Positions 1 to 12,800 of a stretch of DNA of 64,000 bases are shown here, one piece after another. The DNA comes from Octopus sinensis. Its lineage: Eukaryota. Location of the stretch: the NCBI RefSeq assembly GCF_006345805.1, contig NW_021832440.1, positions 62,001 to 126,000 of the forward strand, read 5' to 3'. Position numbers and translations under genes: made by a program. Positions within the stretch are counted from its first letter, which is position 1; each line of letters begins with the position of its first letter. The notes below the pieces were generated by a model. That model ran no database searches. It saw nothing but the letters and a program-made list of their open reading frames with translations, and was not told where the DNA came from.

Positions 1-480
1 ACCTTCCCCCCAAAAAAATAAAAAAAAATTTTCTGCATTTTGGTAAAATGAACAACTACAATGTCCTCGACTTACATGATGAAGTCCTTAAAACCTTCCC
101 CCCAAAAAAAATTAAAAAAAAGTTTTCTGCATTTTGGTTAAAATGAACAACTACAATGTCCTCGACTTACATGATGAAGTCCTTAAAGCCTTCCCCCAAA
201 AAAAAACTAAAAAAAAGTTTTCTGCATTTTGGTTAAAATGAACAACTACAATGTCCTCGACTACATGATGAAGTCCTTAAAACCTTCCCCCCAAAAAAAT
301 TAAAAAAAAATTTTCTGCATTTTGGATAAAATGAACAACTACGATGTCCTCGACTTACATGATGAGGTCCTTAAAACCTTCCCGCCAAAAATCAAAATTA
401 TTTTCTGCATTTGATTAAAATGAACAACGTTAATGTCCTCGACATTCATGATGAGGTCCATTAAAACTTCGAGGCAAAAA
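1..480. repeat. Tandem array of ~89-95 bp units (at least 5) inside the Helitron
   Basis: The motif ATGAACAACTACAATGTCCTCGAC recurs at 48, 143, 238, 331 and 420 (last two slightly variant); the array runs off the window start. Confidence 0.95.
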
Positions 481-680
481 TCTCACGTATTAAGAATATC
501 CTTGATGAAAACGACAGCGAGAATATTAACAAAGATGAACTCCCAATTATTCGCGATAAAGAAATTCAATTCATCCTATGTTTTTCTCTTTAAAATTAAT
601 GCATATATCATTATCGACCATGAATCAAAATTAAAGCTATTATCATATTTGACTTTGACAGAATGTGCAATCACAGATTG

Positions 681-884
681 CACGACTTTGAATAGAGTGT
701 GCAATTAACAGATTTTGAAAAACCACTTTGATAGTTGAAACCACATTAGTACAATCATTAACACAATTTACCACCAATTGACGCACGACCTTGAATAGAG
801 TGTGCAATTAACAGATTTTGAAAAACACTTTGATAGTTGAAACCACATTAGCACACCATTAACACAATTTACCACCAATTGACA
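681..884. repeat. Tandem duplication of ~103 bp inside the Helitron
   Basis: cacgac(t/c)ttgaatagagtgtgcaattaacagattttg...ccaccaattgac is present twice in tandem. Confidence 0.9.
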
Positions 885-924
885 GCGCAATCAGAAGAAT
901 TTGCGTAAAAATATTAACTATTTA

Positions 925-2646
925 CAGTCCGACCCCCAAATGGGGCACCAAGTGCCCCAAAATGCGGGGGTGCCCCAAAAACAGGGTTTGTTATTTTTTT
1001 AAAAATTAACCATTAATAACATCAAAAAACATTTTTACTAAAATATTCATTATTTTCTTTTATTTGTAGAGTTTTGTCTGATATTGTTCGTCAATTTCAG
1101 CCGAAAATCAAAAAAATCTCGGAGCATACTTGGTTGCAACATTAGAAATTTTTTCTTCTAAATTGTTAAGCAGATCTTTTGTTTTTGCTACGACATTTTC
1201 ACTATTTTCGGTTTCTGAATATGTATCATAACATTATTGTTCATGTCTTCGCATTCTCCATCAATTGTTTCGTTAACAACTTGATCTAAATGTTCATCTG
1301 TTAGACAGTTTTTTGTTGCTAAGAAATCACGGTTCCTGTCGATTTTCTTCCAACAATTAACAATACTTTTAGCATCTATTTTCTCCCATCCTTTTGAAAT
1401 TAGCATCATAACCTGACGCAAATTTAATTTACCATAGAATGTGTAAAATCGTTTTCGAAATCTTGAAAACATAAAAATTCCATTAAGAAAAGGAATAATA
1501 ATCTTTAAAATCTGATTATTCCCATATCCAAAGGTTGTAAATAGGGCGTTGTATTTTTCGGCAAAAATAAAAATTCGATGTTCGAACATTCGGCAGTTTT
1601 ATGGCATCCCGCATTGTCAAGTATTAATAATATTTTTCTGTTGTTTTTGCAAAACGATTCATTTATAAGTGTAGCCAACTCATAAAAGTCTTTCCAGTCA
1701 TCCATGCATTTTGAGAAGATGCATACAAAACCCCAAATCTTGAACATCAAAATTTTTTTAGACACCGAGGTTTTTTATATTTTCCAATAATCAATGGATT
1801 AAGTTTTTCCCCGATTAAACTGCAGCATAGAAGAACAGTGAGTCTTTCTTTCCCTGTTTATAACCAAAACACGGTTCGCCTTGTTCAACAAATGATTTTT
1901 GAGGAGTTCTTTTATAAAAAGCGCATTTCATCACAATTAAATATATTCTCAGGTCCATATTTTAATACTTTCTGGTCATATTTTTCAAAATAATTTTTCA
2001 CATAAGATAAATCACATGAAGCTTTTTCACCACATATTGACTTGAATTGAAGTTCATGCCGCAATTAAATCTATCAAGCCACCCATTGGAAGCTTTAAAA
2101 GAAGTAAATCCAATTTTTGAAGCTGTAACTAAGGCAATTTTTTTCAAAATAGGGCCTGAAATCGGAATTTTATCTACGCGTAGTCTTTGAAATATTTCAA
2201 AGACTGATCATCAAATTTATCTTTATCGGCTTTAAATGTGTCATATTCCTCAGAAATAGTATTGCCGTGTTGCAAGAAGGTACAATATTTCGTTTTATTC
2301 TTGATATTGTTCCTTTACTTGTGTTGTACTTTTTCATTAGTTGCCTCTCAGATAAATTTTTCTTCAAAATTTCTTTAGCATCTCAATTTAGTTTCGTAAT
2401 CCATAACCACAACAATAAAAATAAATTGAAAATAAAACAAAAATAATTAATTTATTATAATTTTTTTTTATTTTTAATTCCTTATAAATGATTTTATGGT
2501 GCCCCAAAATTCCATAATTTTTTATCGATTTTTATTTTTTTTCTGCCAAAATGTACTTTTGGAATAAAGTGCCCCAAATTGCGGGGGTGCCCCAAAATCC
2601 GGGGTGCCCCACCCCTGGGGTCCTGCCCCATTTTGGGGTCGGACTG
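925..2646 (-). mobile_element. pogo/Tigger-family DNA transposon with frameshifted transposase
   Basis: TIRs CAGTCCGACCCC(C/A)AAATGGGGCA at both ends, TA target duplications (923-924, 2647-2648), subterminal GTGCCCCAAA repeats, and a DDE_1 remnant LLILDNAGCH...PKNTTPYLQPLDMGII. Confidence 0.92.
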
Positions 2647-4321
2647 TACTTGAGTTTTTCGTAAAGATAGAATTTATTTTCGGTATGCCTCTTTTCCTAA
2701 ACTTTTTTATTATTCAAAAATAATTTTTTAAATAGATAACCGAAGGAGGAAAACGAAGCTGAAGAAAAACGGTCAGCTTAATAAGGTATTAATTAAATCT
2801 TTTTTTGTGTGTCGCTTTTTTGTGTGTCGCTTTCTTGCCCGCCGCATTTCCGCCAGTAAAAAACAAAAAATAAAAAAAGAAAAAAAAGGAAATTACAAAG
2901 GAAAAATGAAAAAATTAAATAGAAAAAAAATAAACCACCAAAAATGAAAAAAAAAGTTTGCAATGACAATAAACAAGGCCCAGGGACAGTCATTAAAGGT
3001 AGTTGGGTTATTTTTAGAGAGTGAGTGCTTTTTCACATGGACAGCTGTATGTGGGATGCTCGAGGGTAGCAGAAGAGAAAATTTATTCATATATGCCAAG
3101 GAAGGACGACGACAAACATCGTTTATCAACAGGCGATAGAATAGGGTTACATTAACCAGGTAGTTTTATACATCTACATAACTTATAGTTGTTTGATGAA
3201 ACAGGCCCTCCGCAGGAGCTAGGTCGCGGTGAGCGAAGCGAGCTGCCGAGCTAGTTCGAAATAAAACACTAGCAATCTATACAGTACATATCTTATTTTA
3301 TGATTATCCAGAAAAATATTTTCAACACAAAATATTTTAAAGACAGGAAAATTAAGATTGAAATCGTGCTTTTCGGATAATTTTAGCTTTGAGTCTATAT
3401 TTGTGTTTGAATTTGGTAAGGGGGTGATCGGAAACAGTCTTCTCATAAAGATCAGTCAGTTTCTGATTGTCCTACAAGTAATACTACGCCGACCAACAAT
3501 CTGACAGATCTCCTTGACCTCCCTAAGTTCAGCTAAATGTCTGATTATTTCAATCTAGTTCTCATTTGTGCTAATACTACCCCCAGACTCTTCCTTTCCT
3601 CCATCCGACGAACTTGGCCTCGAGAAACCTTTCCAGGACCACTTAAATAATCCCAATCCGGGCCTTCAAGTAAGGCTGGGTGAAGGTTGCTGTTAGGAGG
3701 AAAACCTTTACTAATACAAATGATTTTTTGGCAGAAACCTTTCTCTATGGTTACCACCAGGTAATGCACGGCTAAAAAATAATTGTAGAGTGCACGTTCT
3801 CAACATTAACAACCCACCTGACACAGTCCTTTTATTTATTAAATACAGCTAAAATAAAATCAATTAAATATATTACAAAATTATTTATTTTCACTAATTT
3901 TTCAAATTTTCACAGCATAATAAACATCGGAGTTAGTCGCATCTATCGCTAGGCACTTTCCATAGTTATTTTATTTGGTGTTTTGTTTCAAGTGAGTAGA
4001 AAAACTTAAGATTAGAAAAGTATTTCAAAATTGCGTGAATTCTATTTGAAAATGTCATTAAAATGTCGCATTGAATGTACTGTTAACTGTGTCTATTTCT
4101 ATTATTTTTAAACATACGAAATGAGTGGAGATTTATACTGTAAGTACTTACAGTTAAGACTCGCTCATGAAATTATTCGGTTGAAAAGTTGTGGTTATGT
4201 GGTGATATATAATGATGATCAATACATTTTTAAATAATTTTACAAATCTCTTTTGTTGGTATTTTTGTCATTGAATGTTATATTTTTATACATTTGCTAT
4301 TTTTTATTATTCTAAATTAAA

Positions 4322-5683
4322 ATGAAATTAGTTTCAAGACCAAATTCGGTCATGGTCAAATTTAGTCTATGCTGTTTTAAATTTGAAATACAATTGAAAA
4401 AACACAAAAAATCACCTCCAAACAATGAACAAATTCAGCAACAAGAAAGGAAATTGCCGACAATAATTGTCACTCAAATATCCGAATCTGATAGTAAGAG
4501 TATTTCAGCAGAATCGAATGAAAATCGTCTGCGCGTTTCCCACAGTATTTCACATTCTTACGACTCTGGGATGCACAGTCCTATAATTTGTCCAGTTATT
4601 AGCCTTAAGTATATTTCTTAGCTGAGTGAACCATCCACCAGCATTATGTCATGTGACTTTGAAACTGAACTTCCTAATGTATTCGTTGACAGCCAGTTTA
4701 GATCTCAGAAGATTACTCCTCTGAATGGATACAAGTGAGTGGGCACAAAGGTAAGTTGAGTTGATTTCAATCCACTTAGACAGTTTCAAAAAGCCCTTTG
4801 ACGAAAAAGAAGTGGTTCTTAAAACCTATTCCGAAGCCGAAATGAACTGTTTCTACGAAATACAAAACGAAAAGGATCTCTACAGTTTTGTCCCAAACTT
4901 TTATGGAGTCGTTTGGAGCAAAGAGATGAGTAAGGACTTTTCCTATTTGTAGAATTTATTAAAATGGAGGATCTCTTGGCGAAATATGTCTCTCCATCTA
5001 TCATGGACTGCAAAATTGGCTGCAGAACATATCTTCAGGCAGAATTGGACATGACCAACCACAATTATAGACAAGTATTTCATTTTGTACACATTCAGGA
5101 CCTGTACGACAAAATGGTGAAATTATGTCCCGACGAGCCCACTCCAGAGGAAAACGAGCGAAGGGCAGTTCTCAAATCCCGCTACATGGTTTTCAGGGAA
5201 TCCCTCAGCTCTTCTCGCACACTTTCTTTTCGTGTAGAAGCCACCAAACACCCCGAAGAACCCAAAAAAATATACCCACGTGCCAGAACCTTTGAACAAG
5301 TCAAGAATATATTGTCAGGTTTTATAGGATCGAGTCGTTCTCTTCTGGTTTGCTTTTATTTGTTTATTTCCCAGGAGGAATATCTTTCGCAGATCACCTC
5401 TTTGAAGGATCATTTGTTGAAATCCGATTTTTTTGCAAACCATGAGGTTTGGACTAATAGTAAAATTCAGGTAATCGGGTCGTCTCTGCTATTTGTTCAC
5501 GAGTCAGATCATTCCAATCCAATCGTTCGAATGATCGACTTTGCGAGAGTTCAGCCTGCTTTGAACGGGCCACTTAGCCATTCAGTGCTTTGGGAAACTG
5601 GCAGTCAGGAGGATGGGTATTTGCTTGGAGTAGATAATATCATCAAAATTATACAATCTATATTGACAGACATTTCAGAGTAA
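4322..5683 (+). CDS. ITPK: Inositol-trisphosphate 3-kinase (about 7 micro-introns; start codon uncertain)
   Basis: The spliced product has WIQVSGHKDSF, MEDLL..PSIMDCKIG.RTYL, HE|VIGSSLLFVH, MIDFAR and EDGYLLGVDN. Confidence 0.9.
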
Positions 5684-5963
5684 TTTGAGATGCCTAGAAT
5701 ATTTTTTATCTTAATTGCATTTTATTTGATATTTTAATAATAATTTACTCTGATACTAGGACGTTGAAATACCACACTTCATTGTAAAAAAGCAATTATT
5801 GAAGTGTCATTAATGACTATTATAAATGATAAAAGATCTCGAATTAAAAAAATCTGCGGTCACTACTTGGTGAATTATTAAATATTTGATGACTAATTCC
5901 AGTTGCTTAGTAATAAACATTATTGTTGTGTTTGCTTATTTTGACCTTATAGAATGAGTTAAA

Positions 5964-7922
5964 ATGCCGTTTGGCGATTACCAGAAAATACGAGTTGTAG
6001 GAAATGGAAGCTATGGGGAAATATGGCTTGTTCGCTCTCATATAAACAAGAAAGAGGCAAGATAACTTCCGATGACATTCATAGTATGTAATTAAAGAAA
6101 TGCCATGTTGGAATAAGTGCAAAAAAGAACAGAAAGTAGCACTCAAGGAAGTAGAACTACTTTCCACTATTCAGCACCCAAACATTGTGGCTTATAAAGA
6201 GTCATTTAGTACAGAAGAGGGACGACTTCAAATTGTAATGGATTTTTGCGCTGGGGGAGATTTATATACCATTTTGAAGAAACGAAATAGCATATATTTG
6301 GAGGAAAAACAGGTGGTCGAATGGGCCATTCAAATTGCTTTGGCTTTACGGGTTATTTGTCGATCTGAATTCGTAGTATTTACACGAGAAGAACATTTTG
6401 CACCGAGATCTGAAGACTCAGAATATATTTTTGAGTAAAAGCAACATTATAAAAGTGGGGGACTTTGGAATATCCAGAGTACTTGATTCCTCGTCAGATA
6501 TGGCCACCACCATAATCGGAACTCCCTATTACATGAGTCCAGAATTGTTTTCTAATAGACCATACAATTATAAAGTATTTTTACATTTTTGACGTAGTCC
6601 GACGTTTGGGCATTCGGGTGTTGCATGTACGAAATGCTATCGCTCAGACACGCATTTGACGCTTCGACCATGCACTCTCTTGTCTTTAAAATTATTCGAG
6701 GGAAGGTTTTTATCAAAAATGAAACCCAGTTTCCTCCCCTTCCTCAACAATACTCCCCGACCTTGGTGGAACTAGTCAAACAAACGCTTGATTTGTCGCC
6801 GGAGAAAAGACCTTCAATTCGGAGATTTCTTTCTACAACCTTTATCAGACAAAATATTCAGAATTTATTGGAATCGATCAAAAAGTTGTATTATATGCTA
6901 CTATAGAACAGACGCAGTATTCGAAGCAACATTAAATCGAGGATGTCTTCTATCACTTCTTCATACTCAGATTTCAAATCTTCTAGCGAAGAGAAACCAA
7001 GATTATTCCGTCCAAAAAGTGATCCAATACTCAACTCGCCTCTTGCGAATCTTAAAAGACCTCCATCTCCTCCCAAAGACCGAGTAAATTCGAATTATTT
7101 ATAACTTAAGCCTCTGAGTGCCCGTGAAAGAAGAAGGAGACGCCTAAGTGAAAGTGAAAATAGTCAAGACAAGAGTAATCATTTTATCTTTAAAATGTCT
7201 TATTAGTCACGTGTTCTGAAAATAGTGACGAAAAGCCCAGACTTATTCGCCAAGAATTGCCCGTCGAATCTGTCCCAAAGCACGTTTTCCTCGATTCTCT
7301 CAAAATAAACCGACGAAGACTAATTATGGTAAAATATAGATGATTTTTTATTTTTATAGAAAAAGGAAAACAAGAACGGGGCTCCATTGGTTATCCTCGC
7401 TGACAAACCTCTCACAAAAATGACGGATTCTGATTTTTCTGAATTAAGTGATATTAGTGAGCCTACAAAGTATTTTATTCCTTTTAAATAAAGTGGAGAA
7501 ATAGACAAACTTGCTGTCTGTTTGGGGAACACATTGCAAACTGTTGACCGCCAGGAAGAGACAGTAAAGAGACCACCTCCACTCCCCAGACACCAGTCAT
7601 TTCGGAATATCAGACCACAAATCGACTCGATCTTTACGAAGCCCAATAAAAACGACAACAGACTATCAGAGCGCATCAAATGCCTCAGAAAGTTTAAATT
7701 ATGTCTATATTTCTCAGAGAATGCGTTGATAGTTTGGGTTTGCCTCTTTTTGATCGAGTCATGAGTGTCATATCCGTTTGTTTAGATAACGAAATTGAGG
7801 TCTAAAGTGTTAAATTATTTAAGGGAAAACTTGTCGAACTCCTAGGAAAGAATAGGACTACCGAACACATTAAATTGTTTAATGAACTTAAGTTCTGTCA
7901 AGATATGGCTACCGAAGTTTAA
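5964..7922 (+). CDS. NEK4: NIMA-related kinase NEK4 (about 10 micro-introns)
   Basis: [59 protein letters not shown]|SDVW, the NEK4-type PLSARERRR motif and the C-terminal LKFCQDM; frame is continuous after splicing. Confidence 0.92.
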
Positions 7923-8039
7923 TGCTTGTTAACTACAATATAGCCATTTCTATATTTTCTATAATAATTACTTCGTGATAAATCATTCATTTGTCAGCAT
8001 ATTAACATGATAGTTAATTAGTTGATCCCCGGTTTCGCT

Positions 8040-8990
8040 ATTTTGTAGGAAAAAGGCAGCAAGTAAAAAAACGAGCGGTAAAGGCCGGCAGCTCCCACAG
8101 GTCCCGGAGCCCGAGGAGGGGAGACGGTTGAGGTGGTCCAGGGCATGAGAAGAGGTCATCTGGGTGCACGCAGTGATGTGGTCTGTGGAGGAGGGGATGG
8201 TGGCTGAGCAGATCCTTTATGGTTGTACACGGATTTTCCTGCTTAGCAATGATTCAGATTTATCGATAAGTAGAGGTCGGAGTCTAGTAGTTTATTGTGT
8301 TCGAGTGATCTGATGGCCTGAAATGTGTTTGTGTATCTGTTTGGACATAGTTGATCCATTGTTCAGGATCTCATTGAGGAATTGTAATCTTTGCATTTCT
8401 AAATGATGTCTGACGGGAAGGATCCTGAATTTCCAGTGGAGGTGTTAGATGGGTGTTGATAGGAGACATCCAGTTACTGTACGGAGGCCGGCTTTCTGGA
8501 GGCGCTAGAGTTTTTGAAATTTTGTGAGGGATGAATTCCAAAACCAGCACGGGCTGGCGTAATTCACAGATGCTTGAACGAATTGTTTATATACGATTAG
8601 TAGGCTTTCTTTTGCTTGACAGAATGATTGCCCCGATATGGTTTTTAGGGCGTTTAGTTTGCGTTTGACTCTACTGCATGAAGTCAATGTGCCGAAAGAA
8701 GGAAAGGCATTGGTCGAAGATGACGCCAAAATTCAGAGGTATTTCAGGACGAATAGTTTTTTCGTTGTGTATATATAGATCAGGGCTGGCTTTAAACTGC
8801 CGTCGGTCAGAGGTGACTAAGGTCACAAATGATTTTGACAAAAAAAGCATCATGTGGTTAAGTCTTAGGCAATTGGTGAAACATTCCAGATGTGTTTGGA
8901 GCCCGACTGTGGTTTCAGTGATTTGTCGATGTTTTGAGGCAATCACAATATTTTGTGCATATCTTAAGAGTAAAAAATTTACGTCTAGTC
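8040..8990 (-). mobile_element. Degenerate I/Jockey-like LINE, 3' part (RT C-terminus to tail)
   Basis: Minus-strand fragments LNFGVIFDQCLSF, KRKLNALKTISG and LIVYKQFVQASVNYASPCW, with stops and frameshifts. Confidence 0.75.
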
Positions 8991-9159
8991 GTATTGTTAA
9001 ACATATTACGCGAAGTTCTTGCGTCTTTCGCTCTGAACCGGTTAAAATACCCGGCAGAAATTATTGATCAGCATGCCATAATGGATTTTGTGGAGGAAGG
9101 TCGACAGCGGACATTCCGTGGAGCCATAGGTGGCGCTGTGCAACTGCCAGTTCAGGTTG

Positions 9160-9660
9160 TATTTGTGCATTTTCTTCACTTCAACCTGTTTTAAGCAATT
9201 CTGAGACATTATTCCGACGTCAATAATTTGAAATATATGAATTTATGTAAACAAAAAACAGATCAATAATACAAGTTAATATTTGTTATATCTTCATAGT
9301 ATTCCAAGAGGATTTAATAGTATTCAAATCTCGATTACAAAAGGTCTTGAAAATATCAAAAATTGGGGGCACATATTTTCGGATCAGCATTGGTCTTCAC
9401 AATATTCAAGCTTTGTGGGGTTATATATATTAGAACACTATTTTGTGGAGTTTTCATAACTTTTGAAGTGAGTGGGCGACCTTCTTTGGAAAATTGCTTG
9501 TATTAAGAGATATTTTCGGTTGTCTCTATCTTAATCCCGCTCATACCGCATTTCTTGTAGTGTAGATGCACATTCCATCTGTCCATCACAGTTGCAACAA
9601 ATTTGATAAACCACGACGGAGTTTTTGCAGGCACTTAAAGGAATAGCTTGACTATATTGA
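9160..9660 (-). mobile_element. R4/Dong-like RLE LINE remnant
   Basis: KQVEVKKMHKYNL and TPSWFIKFVATVMDRWNVHL match the family seen at 28590-29955 and 53230-55990. Confidence 0.55.
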
Positions 9661-9882
9661 AAACATTGGATCTTCAATGATCCAAACTCGAAAAAGAAAC
9701 AAGTCGAAACTTACTGATTATTTTGGTTTTAATTATTTTTTTTGGTTTAATAATTTAAATTTTTAATGGATTTAAAAATCGATAAGTCTCTCGAATCTTA
9801 ATAATTTTTCATATAAAATTAATAATATCAGTTCTTAAAAAGACGGATAGAATAGCGTATCCAAGAGATTTTGTCAGCAAAT

Positions 9883-12800
9883 ATGGTTCGTAGAAGTAAA
9901 AAAGCAATTTCCCATGATCGTGAAATTGAAATGCCAAATTTAACTCGTTCTGTGTCTATGGAACCCGTAGCACCTTCTTCCTCGTTGGAAGGAGAATCGT
10001 TTGTATTATCAATACAAACATTGACAAGTATGTATTTAGGTAGAGATTTCCTTTTTAGCACAACAGGAGCAACTTCAAAAAAAGGTTTTTACCCGCTGGT
10101 TGAACAGCAGACTTGAAAATGTATGTTAATTAAAATTACATTTTAAGCTCAACATTGTTGACATTTACACGGAATTGGCCGACGGGGTTGTAGTAATAAA
10201 ATTATTAGAAGACTTAACCAATGTTAAATTGGTAATTATATTTGTTTTACTCTCAAAGCCGATAGAGAATCACAAAAACATGTCTCGTGTTCATTATATC
10301 GCAAACTACCAAATTGCCTTAAAATTTCTAAAAGATAATGACGTAACGCCATTTGAAACACACTTGTAGGTCAAGTTGGTGAACATCAATCCATCCGACC
10401 TCATAGAAGGAAAACATTCCATAATTCTAGGTCTTCTCTGGAGCATTATTCTCAAATATCAGGTAAAACAGTTTGTTTGCAATATTCCAGATTGTACGGA
10501 GAAATTTCGGGCAGTCCCCAACGACTATATTGATAAATAATCTGAAAGAGTAATTATTTGTCACAAATTCGTAGAAAACACAAAATCGAAGTCACCAACT
10601 TCGGGACGTGTTGGCGGAGTGGGAAAAATTTTGTGAAACTACTCCATTCTTGTCTCCCAATTGAAAAGAGAAAGAAGAACGAGGAACTTGTCAAAAATAA
10701 TAACCTCGAGTTGATGGAATACTGCTTTAACTCTGCCGAAAAGCAGTTGTACATCCCCCGGCTGTTAGAACCCGAAGGTTTTTATTTTACTGAAATTCTA
10801 AAATAACTACCATATAATAAAATATATAGATGTCGACGTGGAGAAACCGGATGAGAAGTCGATAATGGCTTATATATCCCTCTTTTTAAATCCACCAAAA
10901 GGTCCAAGCACTGCTATAGTTGCAATAATTCCTTATGATTTTTACAGGGTGTGGCTAAACAATTTTCTGTTTCATTGAGTAATTTTTACCAAAATATTGA
11001 AAAAATTACCATAAACTTTGATAAAATTACTACAGCAAGACAACCCCCTGATCAAATCCAGATACGACTAAACGTAATAACTTGAAATTATGATAAAATA
11101 TTAGGATTGGACTGATAACGACGAATATATTAAGGAAGCAAGACGATTAATTGAACAACTTTTATCGCTCTCAAAAAGCGAGAAAATTCCTGACAAGCTT
11201 ATTGCCGAGTTGGACCAGGCTAAAAAGACATGGTTAGGATTAAACTTGAAGATTGAAAATTCATCAAAAAATTTAGATTTTGAAGTAAATCTAATTAAGA
11301 ATGCCGGATATTTGTAACACAATAATATTATTTTAAAAGAATTGAAAACACGGGACATTGGCTCAGTGAGTTTGAAAAAGTGGCTAACACGTTGGATAAC
11401 CACAACGTCACTTCCGAGGAATACAATAAATCTTTAGAGAAATTTAAGGCTGTTTTTTATTTAGAATATTTTTAGAACTATGCCGAAAATTTTCCTCATG
11501 TTTACAATACGTTTAATGAAAACTACAACAATTTAATCATGACTTGTCGAGATAATTTGTATGACCCTGAAAACCTCCCATTGATGGATTTTGATAAAAT
11601 AAAAATGAGATTAGAGAACATCGGACAAACACTGGAAAAAATAACATTACAGGCTTCCACAAATTTAAAAGGAATACTTTTACAAGAAGCCTTTATTCGA
11701 AAAGTCAATGAAATAAAACTATCTTTGGATCAGATTGAGACTCCTGTTAATGGATTCGGAAATAAATTTCATTTGGATAAGTTCGTAAATGGCATGAAAA
11801 AAGCACATGAAGAAATTAAGGAATATATAAAACAAGCCCATATAGACATCAAACAAGCAGATCAACTATTATGTCAAGATATGCAAATGCCACTTCTCGA
11901 AAAAGCACGAAACAACTTTTTAAACTCAATAGAAGAGGCAAATTTACTAATGGTCGAACAGGAGAACAAATATTTTGTATAACTTAAATATTTAATGTTA
12001 AGAAAATCCAAAAAGACTGGATCCAAGTAGATGATACAATAGTGGAACTAAACTCTGAACTAGCGAGGGTTGACAGGCAGCTGTCTTCCAATTCAGTCAT
12101 ATCTGGATTGACAGGACTCGAAAAACATGCTCAAACAATAAAGGTTATTTTTGAATATTTCGACTAAGCAGGAGGCCAGGAATAGATTAGTGGAAATAGT
12201 CGTTCCTCAAGTTAAACTAATGAGAGTGACTCTTAATAACGTGGAGGGCCAATGCAGTGAAAAAGTAATTGAGGAACTAGAAAGTGAATATTCACGTGTC
12301 CAAGACGTCGTTTCAATTATGCTTAGCAGAGCTGGCGATCATATTGACAAGATCTCTCATGATGAGGCTATGTGGAAGAGTCTTTTAAAATTCTGTGCTT
12401 ATTTCGACTCTGAATTTAAAGAACAACAAAACAATCTAGGAAGTATTTCATTAAATACACCATTGGAAGAGAAAATTGAAAAACTGGAGGTTAAAATTAT
12501 GCACTAAAGAAAACTAGAATATTCTTGAAGTCTCAAAATGTTTGAAAACCAAAACAGAGCAGGCAGAAATTAATTTGACTGATATTCGTGATCGAATGCG
12601 ACCATCCGACTTTAATGAATTATACAATGAGATAAGACAAAGATTTTTATCTATTCATGACTTCCATCATCAGGTCAATCAGAAGTATCAAATAGTAAAG
12701 CAATTTTTCTTTAGTAAAGAGAATCACCTCAAAATGAAAACAAAGATGGCAGAATTTAGAAGATTTTACGAGATGGTTAACAGTCAAGCCTTTACGGAAT

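Larger units (their letters stand above)
1..3254 (+). mobile_element. Non-autonomous Helitron, copy 1 (5' end outside the window; interrupted by a pogo element)
   Basis: 2957-3140 encodes a Pif1-helicase C-terminal remnant (FAMTINKAQGQSLKVVGLFLESECF/SHGQLYVGCSRV, one frameshift). A GC-GAA-GC subterminal hairpin lies at ~3224-3246, and the element ends CTAG|T at 3251-3255. It is colinear with the inverted copy at 25594-27721. Confidence 0.85.

Noticed and set aside
1-480. Repeat array as a CRISPR array or tandem hammerhead ribozymes (ATGATGAGGTCC...AAAAC resembles CTGATGA...GAAAC)
   Set aside because: There are no unique spacers and the context is eukaryotic. The essential hammerhead C and G are A in every unit, and no stems I/III are evident.
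9123-9140. CTCF-like motif CCATAGGTGGCGCTG
   Set aside because: A single imperfect match inside a junction of TE debris, with no supporting context.
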